Of a DNA stretch of 64,000 bases, positions 56,417 to 64,000 are shown one piece after another. Under the pieces are notes generated by a model. It was not told the origin of the DNA and ran no database searches. It worked only from the letters and a program-made list of their open reading frames with translations. Origin of the DNA: a virus. The position numbers and the translations under genes were made by a program. Location: the IMG/VR virus record IMGVR_UViG_3300030422_000020; one strand, 5' to 3'. How positions within the stretch are numbered: position 1 is the first letter of the stretch; every line of letters begins with the position of its first letter.

Positions 56417-56523
56417 TTGTCCACATTTTCCGTGGACAAGTTGCAAAACTCTCCTACTTGTCCACACTTTTCGTGGACAAGTATCATAAATAGGGTATAG
56501 TTGTCCACGTTTTTTGTGGAAAA
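56417..56523. promoter_or_regulatory. three tandem palindromic operators TTGTCCAC-N7-GTGGACAA (56417-56439, 56458-56480, 56501-56523)
   Basis: Sites 1 and 2 are perfect 8-bp inverted repeats with a 7-nt spacer. Site 3 has one degenerate half-site (GTGGAAAA). Centre-to-centre spacing is 41 and 43 bp. They lie upstream of gene 55784-56284. Confidence 0.55.
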
Positions 56524-56643
56524 ATGAACATTCCTAACAAAAGAGATATATACAAAATAGATAAAGATGCTTCGCAAGATTTTTTCCATATGATACAGAC
56601 AAGAAAATAAAAGGGCGAATAGATTATCCGCCCAGTCTTATTC

Positions 56644-56802
56644 CTAATCTTCCGTATCTTCAATCTTTACGATTCTAAAGCTATCACCAATCTCAAAGGG
56701 ATAATCCGTATCGTATGAATCGGGAAACCTCCAATAGCTTCCATCGTAAACAAGCTCACAGCAAATCTCACCGTGCTTATTTTCCATTACGACCTTACCC
56801 AT
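56644..56802 (-). CDS. small ORF (53 aa), MGKVVMENKHGEICCELVYDGSYWRFPDSYDTDYPFEIGDSFRIVKIEDTED
   Basis: Hand translation. It is preceded by the recurring upstream motif (ggttatatagtaccaaag) and followed by the hairpin GGGCG..GCCC. Confidence 0.3.
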   Translation of the reverse strand: MGKVVMENKHGEICCELVYDGSYWRFPDSYDTDYPFEIGDSFRIVKIEDTED

Positions 56803-57179
56803 GTTCTCACCTTTCGTCTGGTGCTTTACCTTGGTTATATAGTACCAAAGATTTTCCGTGTGTAATTGAGAATATCCGTCTCCACAGTTTCTCCATACAA
56901 TGATAGTCGGTCTGTATGGTGTAATTTTCCGCGTTGTCTTTGGTCGTGTATTTTGACGTTGTGTACCCCATTCTCAAAAGGGTCGTTTTATAGGCTTAGA
57001 GCGTCTTATTTGACCCTATTTGCCCCGATAAGCACTCGACCCTAGCAAGTACCCATAGAGAAAATATCGGGGGTAAATAGGCGCTATATCGCGTATAAAA
57101 TGCAATGCCATATATTCCAAAGACTAGACAAAAAAATAGGGACTAGATACCCAGTCCCTATAATGTTTACGTTGATTAA

Positions 57180-57761
57180 CTATCCCCTAAAGTAGTTGCC
57201 CCACTCATACACATTGTAACTATTCAAATCATATCGACTGTAAATGCTAGATGGAATCTTAGAACCAATCTCTTTAAGCGTCTCTACCGCCTTATTATAT
57301 TCCGCTTTCAATGCGTCAAAATTATTGAGCGCTTCAATAGTCTCATTATAATTATCGATTGCCTGATTCTTTGCGTTGGTTATCTGATTGATAAGATTGT
57401 TGGCATCAAGGCAATAAACATCATCGACAAACGCCATGATAATATGATACTTGTTGCTATCGGTGCGTAGGTAAGCCCATTCATCGTTGCTATCGTTGCG
57501 CCAGATGCGACCATCAAAGTCATACCATCCAATATAGATATAACCCCTATCGCCATTGCCTTTTTTCACGTCAAAGCTAATGTTGTTGTTGACCTTCTTG
57601 AGCGCCGTTGCGATACGCTTAGTAGCCTGCTTGCCGTCATACCTTGCAATGACCTCGCAAATCTCGTCAAAGTATTTCGTCCATGCAAAGTCATACTCTG
57701 CCTGCGCACGCAAATACTTAATCTGCGATTCTTTATTGCTGCCAATTCCCGCCGTTGCCAT
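57180..57761 (-). CDS. hypothetical protein (193 aa)
   Basis: ORF with its own upstream motif. Confidence 0.4.
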   Translation of the reverse strand: MATAGIGSNKESQIKYLRAQAEYDFAWTKYFDEICEVIARYDGKQATKRIATALKKVNNNISFDVKKGNGDRGYIYIGWYDFDGRIWRNDSNDEWAYLRTDSNKYHIIMAFVDDVYCLDANNLINQITNAKNQAIDNYNETIEALNNFDALKAEYNKAVETLKEIGSKIPSSIYSRYDLNSYNVYEWGNYFRG

Positions 57762-57886
57762 TAGACTATCCCTTCTGTTGGCGTTCTCTTTCCTTGTCTA
57801 TAGAATACCATAATATGTTGTCGTTCACATTATCTTCACATATTATATTGAATCAATAAAGACGGTATTGCTATAGCATTGATTGT

Positions 57887-58105
57887 TTACAAGTCAACAA
57901 TCAAATTGTGTTCTTTGATAAGCCGCCTTGCAATGCAAGGGTTAATATGCTTCTTTTTCGCCAGCACGATAGTACCGCTGCCGTCCTCGCGCTTATAGAT
58001 ACAGTGGTCGCCAGTACACCGCACATAGGCATACCCATTGCGCTTGACAATCTTAGTCATCTCTAGGTAGGTGTACTGCCGCATTTTCGCCATTGCTTTT
58101 CCCAA
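57887..58105 (-). CDS. HicA-family toxin-like protein (72 aa)
   Basis: YTYLEMTKIVKRNGYAYVRCTGDHCIYKREDGSGTIVLAKKKHINPCIARRLIKEHNL matches the HicA pattern (..GfelvrqkGSHhvy.hpdg...tvP.H...dl..g.lrkIlkq). Confidence 0.55.
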   Translation of the reverse strand: MGKAMAKMRQYTYLEMTKIVKRNGYAYVRCTGDHCIYKREDGSGTIVLAKKKHINPCIARRLIKEHNLIVDL

Positions 58106-58195
58106 TCTCTAGTGGTCTTTGACTTGATATAAATATATCATATACTGTTGTATATAGTGGTAATTCATATAATCTACACATATATATTGACAAAG

Positions 58196-58218
58196 AAAAA
58201 GGCGGTATCACTACCGCC
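58196..58218 (-). terminator. rho-independent terminator
   Basis: GGCGGTA-tcac-TACCGCC with an A-run. Confidence 0.55.
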
Positions 58219-58510
58219 TTAATCTCTGCTAGGCTACCATGATAATATCGAATTGCTCAATACCATCAAGAAGATACCAATCACATGCGTCATATAAAGC
58301 CTTCACGTCCTCGGGTGCATCGCCCCAAGTGCCACTATAGACCTCCTTGCCGCTCACGTAGGCAATAACCTTCTGCTCGTCTTGAATATCCATCTTCTTA
58401 CCTTTCTGCTGTTATCAACCCATCGGGCTTATCCCCTTTGGTTGATATTATTATTGCACTGATAGAGTCTATGAGTATCGAGAATCTTTAACTTCACAAA
58501 GTCTACACAT

Positions 58511-58540
58511 ATCAATGGTCAAAAAAAAGACCGCCTAAAT
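58511..58540 (-). terminator. rho-independent terminator
   Basis: A8 followed by GACCGCC-taaatata-GGCGGTC. Confidence 0.65.
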
Positions 58541-58555
58541 ATAGGCGGTCTAGTC

Positions 58556-58798
58556 TTAGCAAAAGTCATATAGGGTAAACATAAACGCCGCTGCTTCTCT
58601 GTCGCTAGAGATAACATCGCCACGATACTTCACGAACTCGCACACAAAATCTCTATGCTCCTTCAAAAAATCATCAAATGCGTCTGTAGCTTCTCGCTGT
58701 CCCGCCACTTCGCTACCGTTCCTGCTTGCATCATAGAGAAAATCGTAGTTATCATCAAACCTCTTGAGAAAATCGTCAATGTTAAAATTGAAAACCAT
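58556..58798 (-). CDS. hypothetical protein (80 aa)
   Basis: Bounded by a promoter motif and a terminator. Confidence 0.4.
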   Translation of the reverse strand: MVFNFNIDDFLKRFDDNYDFLYDASRNGSEVAGQREATDAFDDFLKEHRDFVCEFVKYRGDVISSDREAAAFMFTLYDFC

Positions 58799-58873
58799 TG
58801 TTCAGCCTTTCTTCTGGTTTCCTTTGTTGATTAAAGGATACCATAGTTTTGCCGTGTTCACGTTATCTTCACA

Positions 58874-58904
58874 TATATACACGCAAAAATAAAGCCCACC
58901 TTTT
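58874..58904 (-). terminator. rho-independent terminator
   Basis: AGCCCACC-ttttgc-GGTGGGCT with an A-run. Confidence 0.6.
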
Positions 58905-58919
58905 GCGGTGGGCTTGTCG

Positions 58920-59168
58920 CTATCCCCTATAGTCTAACTTGACAACGCAACTTGAGTGACCATCACGTTGCACATATGCGTCAGGCTCAATAGCGCGTAC
59001 CTCACAATTGTCAAGCCACGGGCGCTTTTGCACCATATCAAACGGGTAGTCCTCAATCGTGAGCGGCGCTTTATCTATGGCATAGACAATTACGTTGACC
59101 ATGCCGCCCCAAACACTCCGCAAATCTTTGAATAACATTTGTACCACCTTTCGTTTGGTTTCTTTCAT
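58920..59168 (-). CDS. hypothetical protein (82 aa)
   Basis: Bounded by a promoter motif and a terminator. Copy 1 of the 110-bp element lies upstream. Confidence 0.4.
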   Translation of the reverse strand: MKETKRKVVQMLFKDLRSVWGGMVNVIVYAIDKAPLTIEDYPFDMVQKRPWLDNCEVRAIEPDAYVQRDGHSSCVVKLDYRG

Positions 59169-59228
59169 TGATTAAATAGTACCACGGTTTACTCGTCTCC
59201 ATAGTATCTTCACATAACTATATCTAGA

Positions 59229-59340
59229 CAAAAGTTTCTAGTAGCTAACTTTAAAATAGGCATAACTGTAGCTCAATAAATAAGTCATTATGAGTGGCGT
59301 ATGTTGGTCGCTTTGTCCTCCCGACTAGTTATATAATACC
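59229..59340. repeat. 110-bp conserved intergenic element, copy 1
   Basis: About 75% identical to 61057-61170 (aaaagtt..tagctaactttaaaa..aactgtag..taagtcat.at..gtgg..tatgtt.g...ctttgtcc.cccgact..tta.at). Confidence 0.5.
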
Positions 59341-59439
59341 ATAGTTTTAGGTTGTGAGATTGTGATTCCCAGATTCATAAGTTCTTCACAAATGAATACA
59401 CAAAAGAAAAGCGCCCACCTTTTCAGTGAGCGCCAGAAT

Positions 59440-59700
59440 CTAAAAGCCGAAACTCTTTTTCGTGCGCGTTTCCATAATAGGACGCTTCTCCTTGTAACTA
59501 TAGGGCATAAAGTCGTAGCCGAAAATATAGGCGCGTTGAATAGCCATACGCGCGTCCCAACCGTACACCTCGACCAAGTGCCGTGCATAACGCTTACGCG
59601 CCTTAGAACAAAGCTCCCACGTCTTCACAAGCTCCGTGCCGTCCTTCCTTCCTTCTGCTACCGCGTGTAAATACTTGCCAGTTCGCGTGATGGTTTTCAT
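59440..59700 (-). CDS. hypothetical basic protein (86 aa)
   Basis: Preferred over the overlapping W-rich ORF 59325-59588. Confidence 0.4.
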   Translation of the reverse strand: MKTITRTGKYLHAVAEGRKDGTELVKTWELCSKARKRYARHLVEVYGWDARMAIQRAYIFGYDFMPYSYKEKRPIMETRTKKSFGF

Positions 59701-60045
59701 TTTGTGCCGCCCTTCTCGCGTGCTTTTCTTGTTGGTTAGATAGTACCACGATTCAAGCGCCTACATACTTTCTTCATATATTGTTTTTTATGCTGTCCAG
59801 CTTTTGTTGCTTAGGTTGTCCGTTAAATGCGCTAGGGTAGTCCAGCCGCATTTGCCGCTACAAGCCCGCCAGATTCGATTTAAGGGCTGTTAAATGATTG
59901 TCGGGTATAAGTTATCCAGCCAGAAAATATAAGGGCTTAAAACGGCTTACAGTGCTTTATATTCTGTTGTCGATATTGATACTGAATTAGTAGCATTTAA
60001 AGACAAGAAAATAGGGGAACGTTACCGCTCCCCTTTGGTAGTCGC

Positions 60046-60561
60046 TTAATTAAAAAGCGCTTGAATAATCTTCAAATCGTCCTCGGGAATATCCCAGTAA
60101 AGCCAACCGCTACCATAGGTGTAAGGCTTGCCGTTATGTTCAACCTCATAAAGTCCAACGCTTTTAAGGTACTCGCAAGCGCTAGTATAATCGTAGCGAT
60201 TCCCCTTCGACTCCCAGTCCTTAATCGCTTCTTCCTGCTCGATAGTGCCAGCGTGCATATCGTTTAGGTGGTACAGTTTCCACAGACGGCAAATCTCCAT
60301 GAACTGTTTGTTCTTAGTGCGCTTTGCGATTGAATCTAGGCATTGACCGCCAGCAACGGTATCGGTTTTTGACTGATTGTAAACCATGCCCATAGCAGAA
60401 AAGCAGGGCTTGCCGTCCTTTACCGTCAACTCAACCTCGACGGTGACGGGGTTAATCTTACGACCACGACCATAGTAGTCAATCTTGCCAAAATCAAAAG
60501 TCTTAGTAGCCAACGTTCTTTCCTTTCCTTGTGGTTGGTTTCTGTACTTATAATTTATCAC
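60046..60561 (-). CDS. hypothetical protein (171 aa)
   Basis: ORF with an upstream motif. Confidence 0.4.
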   Translation of the reverse strand: MINYKYRNQPQGKERTLATKTFDFGKIDYYGRGRKINPVTVEVELTVKDGKPCFSAMGMVYNQSKTDTVAGGQCLDSIAKRTKNKQFMEICRLWKLYHLNDMHAGTIEQEEAIKDWESKGNRYDYTSACEYLKSVGLYEVEHNGKPYTYGSGWLYWDIPEDDLKIIQALFN

Positions 60562-60615
60562 TTATTGAATCGAGATTGTCGAGAATCTTTTCCATCACAG
60601 TATCAACACAATTAA

Positions 60616-60645
60616 ACATAGATAAAAAAAGAGCGGCTAAAAGCC
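60616..60645 (-). terminator. rho-independent terminator
   Basis: A7 followed by GAGCGGC-taaa-AGCCGCTC. Confidence 0.5.
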
Positions 60646-61011
60646 GCTCGGGGTGTCAAAGATTTTGCCGTTCTCATCACTAGGATAGTTGTCCTGCATT
60701 AGTTCCGTCCAGCTCGGTTCGCCCTCGTCACTGTAAGTATAATCTTCTTCCTCGTCCTCGTAATTGCTCACATGGACAAGTCCAGTGTTATCCTCGGTAA
60801 ACTCCATGTTCCAGTTATCGGCGATGGTGTTGAGCGTATCTCCAAGCTCCTTATCGTTGAGTTCATAGGCAAACTCGATAGCCAAGAGCTTGTATCCCAG
60901 CTCATTCACAAGTGCCGAAAACTTCCGCGTGTTCGTCTCGTTCATGGCTCGTCCTTTCGATTGGTGCCTTTCGTTAGTTATATATTGCCATAGTTCCACG
61001 CCAGATAGCAC
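60637..61011 (-). CDS. acidic hypothetical protein (124 aa)
   Basis: ORF. Copy 2 of the 110-bp element lies upstream. Confidence 0.4.
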   Translation of the reverse strand: MLSGVELWQYITNERHQSKGRAMNETNTRKFSALVNELGYKLLAIEFAYELNDKELGDTLNTIADNWNMEFTEDNTGLVHVSNYEDEEEDYTYSDEGEPSWTELMQDNYPSDENGKIFDTPSGF

Positions 61012-61056
61012 GACAATACATACCTACATATTTTCTCCATACAATCATACACAACT

Positions 61057-61170
61057 AAAAGTTCCACCTAGCTAACTTTAAAAAGTACAGAACTGTAGAG
61101 AACGTGTAAGTCATAATAGGTGGGCTATGTTCGGTGCCTTTGTCCCTCCGACTGATTACATATTATCATT
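61057..61170. repeat. 110-bp conserved intergenic element, copy 2
   Basis: Aligned by hand to 59229-59340. Confidence 0.5.
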
Positions 61171-61199
61171 TATCCGTGGCGTGTGCGATTCTATCCAGC

Positions 61200-61740
61200 A
61201 AAGCGCTATCTTTTCCGTAGCATTTTCCGCAAAAAAAAGAGCAGATATTTAATCCGCTCCATTTTTCCTAACCGAAAATGTTCCAAATATCCGCAGGGTA
61301 TCCAGTCGCCAAGCACACCAAAAAGCAGAAGAGTCTTACCGCAAAGATTCCAACAGCTCCACAAATAATTCCAGTTAGAACCTCCCTACCGTCTTTGGTA
61401 TTCGCCCAGTCTACGATTTTCCGAAACATTTTTCCGCCCTTCCAGTTGGTTTCGCGTACTACTCCATTTTAGCGCGTTTCGGTATTTTCCAGTCTGTAAT
61501 TTTCCAGTGTGTTAGTTTTCCACAGTTTCTCCATATCCCAGTCTAGTATTTATCCATGAAACTTCCATCAAATCTCCATAGCTTTTCCATCAGATGCACA
61601 TAAAATCTCCATCAAAGCTCCACATACTCTCCACATTTTCTCCATAACTATGGATCGCACACAAAATCTCCACATTTTCTCCACGAAAAAATTATAGAAT
61701 CTCCATAACTTTTTCCATAAAAAAAGGGGAACTCGGGATA
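61200..61740. repeat. dense array of more than 20 short TTTTCC(A/G) and (A/C)TCTCCA(T/C)A repeats
   Basis: Examples: cttttccgtag, cattttccgc, gattttccgaaac, tttttccgccc, tattttccagtc, aattttccagtg, gttttccacag, then aatctccatagcttttccatcag..aatctccatcaaagctccacatactctccacattttctccataac..aatctccacattttctccacg..aatctccataactttttccat. Confidence 0.6.
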
Positions 61741-61750
61741 GAGTTCCCCT
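61721..61750 (-). terminator. rho-independent terminator
   Basis: A6 followed by GGGGAACTC-gggata-GAGTTCCCC. Confidence 0.6.
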
Positions 61751-61758
61751 AATTCTAG

Positions 61759-62253
61759 TTAGTATTCGGGACTTTCCCAATACCAGTAGTGTATGGTCGC
61801 TTCGTTCATAATAGCACATGCAACATCGGTTGCCGAAAAATCGCTATTGTCGTCAATGTCGGTGTGCTCGTATATGTCTTTTGCGATATGCTCCACAACG
61901 TCAAGATATTTGCCGCTATCGTCCTCGATAGTTTCGTTATCGCGGACAAAATCGAGCATATGCCCATATGCAACGCCACTACCAGCGTTATACCAGTCGC
62001 GTTTAATGCACATGTTCATGATGCTTTTTGGTGACGTATTCCAGCAGTAGTGGCGCAGCGCGTTACGTGTATCGTTCATGATTGTACCCTTCTTTTTGGT
62101 TGGTTGGTTGGTTGGTGTGAGCGTGCATAGTTTCGCACGCTCACACCTTGCCGCTATCTGATATAGCGGTATCCCAGTTCGGGCGCGTGTACGGCAGGCG
62201 AAAAATCGCTCATACCGTTTGCGTACAGTGCGCATTGTATGGCAGTGTAGCAC
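61759..62253 (-). CDS. hypothetical protein (probable start at the internal MNDTRNALRH, ~62082)
   Basis: The N-terminal 57 codons of the track ORF are low-complexity and overlap the next gene. Confidence 0.4.
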   Translation of the reverse strand: MLHCHTMRTVRKRYERFFACRTRARTGIPLYQIAARCERAKLCTLTPTNQPTKKKGTIMNDTRNALRHYCWNTSPKSIMNMCIKRDWYNAGSGVAYGHMLDFVRDNETIEDDSGKYLDVVEHIAKDIYEHTDIDDNSDFSATDVACAIMNEATIHYWYWESPEY

Positions 62254-62417
62254 ATCTCACCGTACCCGTCCAAAACCGCCTTCCGCTCACGCACGAACTG
62301 ATAGCGGGTCTGGTTGGGCATATCGTTGCGCCAACGGGCTAGAATGCGCCCGTTGCGGCGATTAAGGCGGATGCAAACGCGCCCTTCACTGTCCAGTGTC
62401 TCATAGAACTTTACCAT
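62154..62417 (-). CDS. hypothetical protein (87 aa)
   Basis: ORF in the array. Confidence 0.35.
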   Translation of the reverse strand: MVKFYETLDSEGRVCIRLNRRNGRILARWRNDMPNQTRYQFVRERKAVLDGYGEMCYTAIQCALYANGMSDFSPAVHAPELGYRYIR

Positions 62418-62488
62418 AATCTTTCCCCTCCTGGCTGATTGCTATCTGATAGGTTTCAATTGTAGGCTATCCCCATAGCTGATAGTAG

Positions 62489-62869
62489 TTATGCAATAGG
62501 CGAGCAATAGTTATAGGTAGGCGTGATATATGCAAACGTGAGTTCATCGGTTGCGGGGTCGCGGAACATGAAACCACACGTAAACATAAATGTGTTGTAG
62601 CTGATGATACGGAAATCGTAGCCGTCATACTTTAGCATGAGGTTGCGGCAATACGCATATGCGCGCGCTTTCTTGTCGCTATAGCGTCCATACACGTCTA
62701 TGAGTTGCGTATCATCGCTACGAGTGTACCGCTGATACATATCATCGAGCTTGTGGGCGCGGACGCAGGTGAAATCTTGCACGAAATCGATAGTTAGGTT
62801 AGGCATGGTATCCCCTTTCGTTTTGGGGATAGCCCACGATTGAAACCTATCGGGCAGGACGCAACACAT
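62489..62869 (-). CDS. hypothetical protein (126 aa)
   Basis: ORF in the array. Confidence 0.4.
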   Translation of the reverse strand: MCCVLPDRFQSWAIPKTKGDTMPNLTIDFVQDFTCVRAHKLDDMYQRYTRSDDTQLIDVYGRYSDKKARAYAYCRNLMLKYDGYDFRIISYNTFMFTCGFMFRDPATDELTFAYITPTYNYCSPIA

Positions 62870-62895
62870 GCGGCGCTCACGCCTACGGATGGATA

Positions 62896-63396
62896 TTATA
62901 GGTTGGCGAGTTTGTCGAGGTCGAGCTTTACGTATTCGGTGAACCTATACGTATCGCCCTCCTTTACGACAACGTAGCGAATAATCGGCGTGGTGAACAT
63001 ATCGGGCTGATGGGTGGCATATGCCATGATAGGCATAAACCACGTGCCAGTGGCGCGGATAGACCACATATAGCCGCCTTTATCGTTCATGTGGTGCAAC
63101 ATGCTCTTATAGTCGAGTAGGACATCGCTCTGATAGTGGATACCGCCACACCGCTTAATGGTATCTGCAATGAAAATGTGAAGTTCATCGGCGGTAACGG
63201 TATAGTTCGTCATAGTGGTATCGGCAACGGTAACGGTGTGCTTAACGTACATAGTAAACTCCTTAAATAGTGGTTTTAGGTGGTTGACGTGTAGGCATAA
63301 GCGCCGTTTGTGTTGCGTCCTATATTTTAATATGCGGTTCTCAAGGTTCGAGATAGCTTCCCTATAGTCTTGCAATGGCTTATCAGTTTGACCCAC
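62896..63396 (-). CDS. hypothetical protein (166 aa)
   Basis: ORF in the array. Confidence 0.4.
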   Translation of the reverse strand: MGQTDKPLQDYREAISNLENRILKYRTQHKRRLCLHVNHLKPLFKEFTMYVKHTVTVADTTMTNYTVTADELHIFIADTIKRCGGIHYQSDVLLDYKSMLHHMNDKGGYMWSIRATGTWFMPIMAYATHQPDMFTTPIIRYVVVKEGDTYRFTEYVKLDLDKLANL

Positions 63397-63649
63397 ATCA
63401 CCACGCGCAATAGGTACACTACGCCGCCTATAGACGGCACACCCATATAGATAACAGGTGCCTATATGTGTTTGGGTTGCTAGCCCGCTGTTTGCTTTCG
63501 TCCTTTCGTTTGGGTTCCTGTTTGACGGCTCAAACTATACAGTGCATAAAGTGGCTTGTGCGGTAATACACATTCTCAACACATTTACAATAAAACAGCA
63601 GATAAACAGCTATGCCATAACGATGAAAACTACAATATGCTACTAGCGC

Positions 63650-64000
63650 ATAGCTATATTAAATGCATAAAACAGGTCGATATATACAAAAACGCGCATA
63701 CTTAAGGTTCAAGTTTAGGTTTAAGGTTTTGGGGTCGATATGCAAAAAAACGCATAAAACAGGGCTGTTTTAACGAAAATTTGCATAAATTGCAGTTTGT
63801 TTCTAGTATTAGGTTTGTTGAAAACTTTGTTGTACAACTTTTTTTGTTGAAAACTCTGTTGAAAAGTCATGGATCTGTTGAAAAGTTGTTGAAAACTCTG
63901 TTGAAAACTATTTAATGGTATTAGATATGTTGAAAACCTGTTGAAAACTCTGTTGAAAACTATTTAATGGTATTAGATATGTTGAAAACCTGTTGAAAAC
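63650..64000. repeat. repeat-rich non-coding region: GCATAAAACAGG and TCGATAT direct repeats, then tandem 52-bp units built from GTTGAAAAC 9-mers, running off the window edge
   Basis: ctgttgaaaac-tctgttgaaaac-tatttaatggtattagatat-gttgaaaac occurs twice consecutively (63889-64000). At least 10 GTTGAAAA(C/G) copies lie in 63820-64000. Confidence 0.6.

Noticed and set aside
56356-56589. 77-aa minus-strand ORF across the palindromic operators
   Set aside because: The amino-acid repeat (STKNVDN/STENVDN) is generated by the operator repeats. No start context was found.
59325-59588. 87-aa Trp/Arg-rich ORF overlapping 59440-59700 in another frame
   Set aside because: Unusual composition. The overlapping 86-aa ORF has the conserved upstream motif and a typical small basic protein sequence.
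61568-61819. 83-aa minus-strand ORF with internal EKMWRFCVRSIVMEKMWRVCG repeat
   Set aside because: The peptide repeat simply mirrors the ATCTCCA/TTTTCCA DNA repeats, and the ORF overlaps a terminator hairpin. It is a non-coding repeat array.
63840-64000. The tandem GTTGAAAAC repeats as a CRISPR array
   Set aside because: The units are 9-12 nt with identical, not unique, intervening sequence. They are organised as a 52-bp tandem duplication. There are no CRISPR-length repeats or spacers and no cas genes nearby.

Overview
AT-rich segment of a phage or prophage genome. Almost every gene is on the minus strand. The exception is a 3.7-kb plus-strand tail-fibre operon (918-4573) with its own RBS and terminator, bracketed by two minus-strand tyrosine-recombinase genes (1-723, running off the window edge, and 5197-6393) and by ACGCAA-type repeats.

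Genes recognised on the minus strand, in order:
- Nucleotide metabolism: DUF3310-like, a ThyX-fold protein lacking the catalytic signature, an HslV-like peptidase, dUTPase, and NrdG with NrdD.
- Replication and recombination: RecD-like helicase, DnaE-type PolIII alpha, TOPRIM primase, DnaB-like helicase, AAA_24-type ATPase, SSB-like protein, PD-(D/E)XK nuclease.
- Two radical-SAM enzymes and a nucleoside-deoxyribosyltransferase-like protein.
- An RNA-repair pair: a Pnk-kinase/HD-phosphohydrolase carrying an in-frame HNH endonuclease module, followed by an RNA ligase.
- IscS-type cysteine desulfurase, dCMP deaminase, a sigma-region-4-like HTH protein, an SPFH protein.
- An array of 8 clean tRNAs (all reading A/U-ending codons), plus aberrant tRNA-like elements.
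- A third small tyrosine recombinase.
- From 50 to 63 kb, a run of small, individually promoted and terminated genes, including two RHH regulators, an ArdA-like protein and a HicA-like protein.

The strongest finding is a compact (265 nt), ORF-less group I self-splicing intron that splits nrdD inside the Tyr codon immediately after the glycyl-radical Gly. Canonical P1 (with U.G at the 5' splice site), P10, P/Q/R/S core elements and a terminal G are all readable. Splicing restores a C-terminus that aligns with E. coli NrdD.

Other notable observations:
- A 1.4-kb ORF-free, GC-elevated region next to the tRNA array, which may be a large structured ncRNA.
- A triple palindromic operator at 56.4 kb.
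- A dense TTTTCC/TCTCCA repeat array at 61.2-61.7 kb.
- A duplicated 110-bp intergenic element.
- Tandem GTTGAAAAC-based repeats at the right edge.
- Three tyrosine recombinases within one 64-kb segment.
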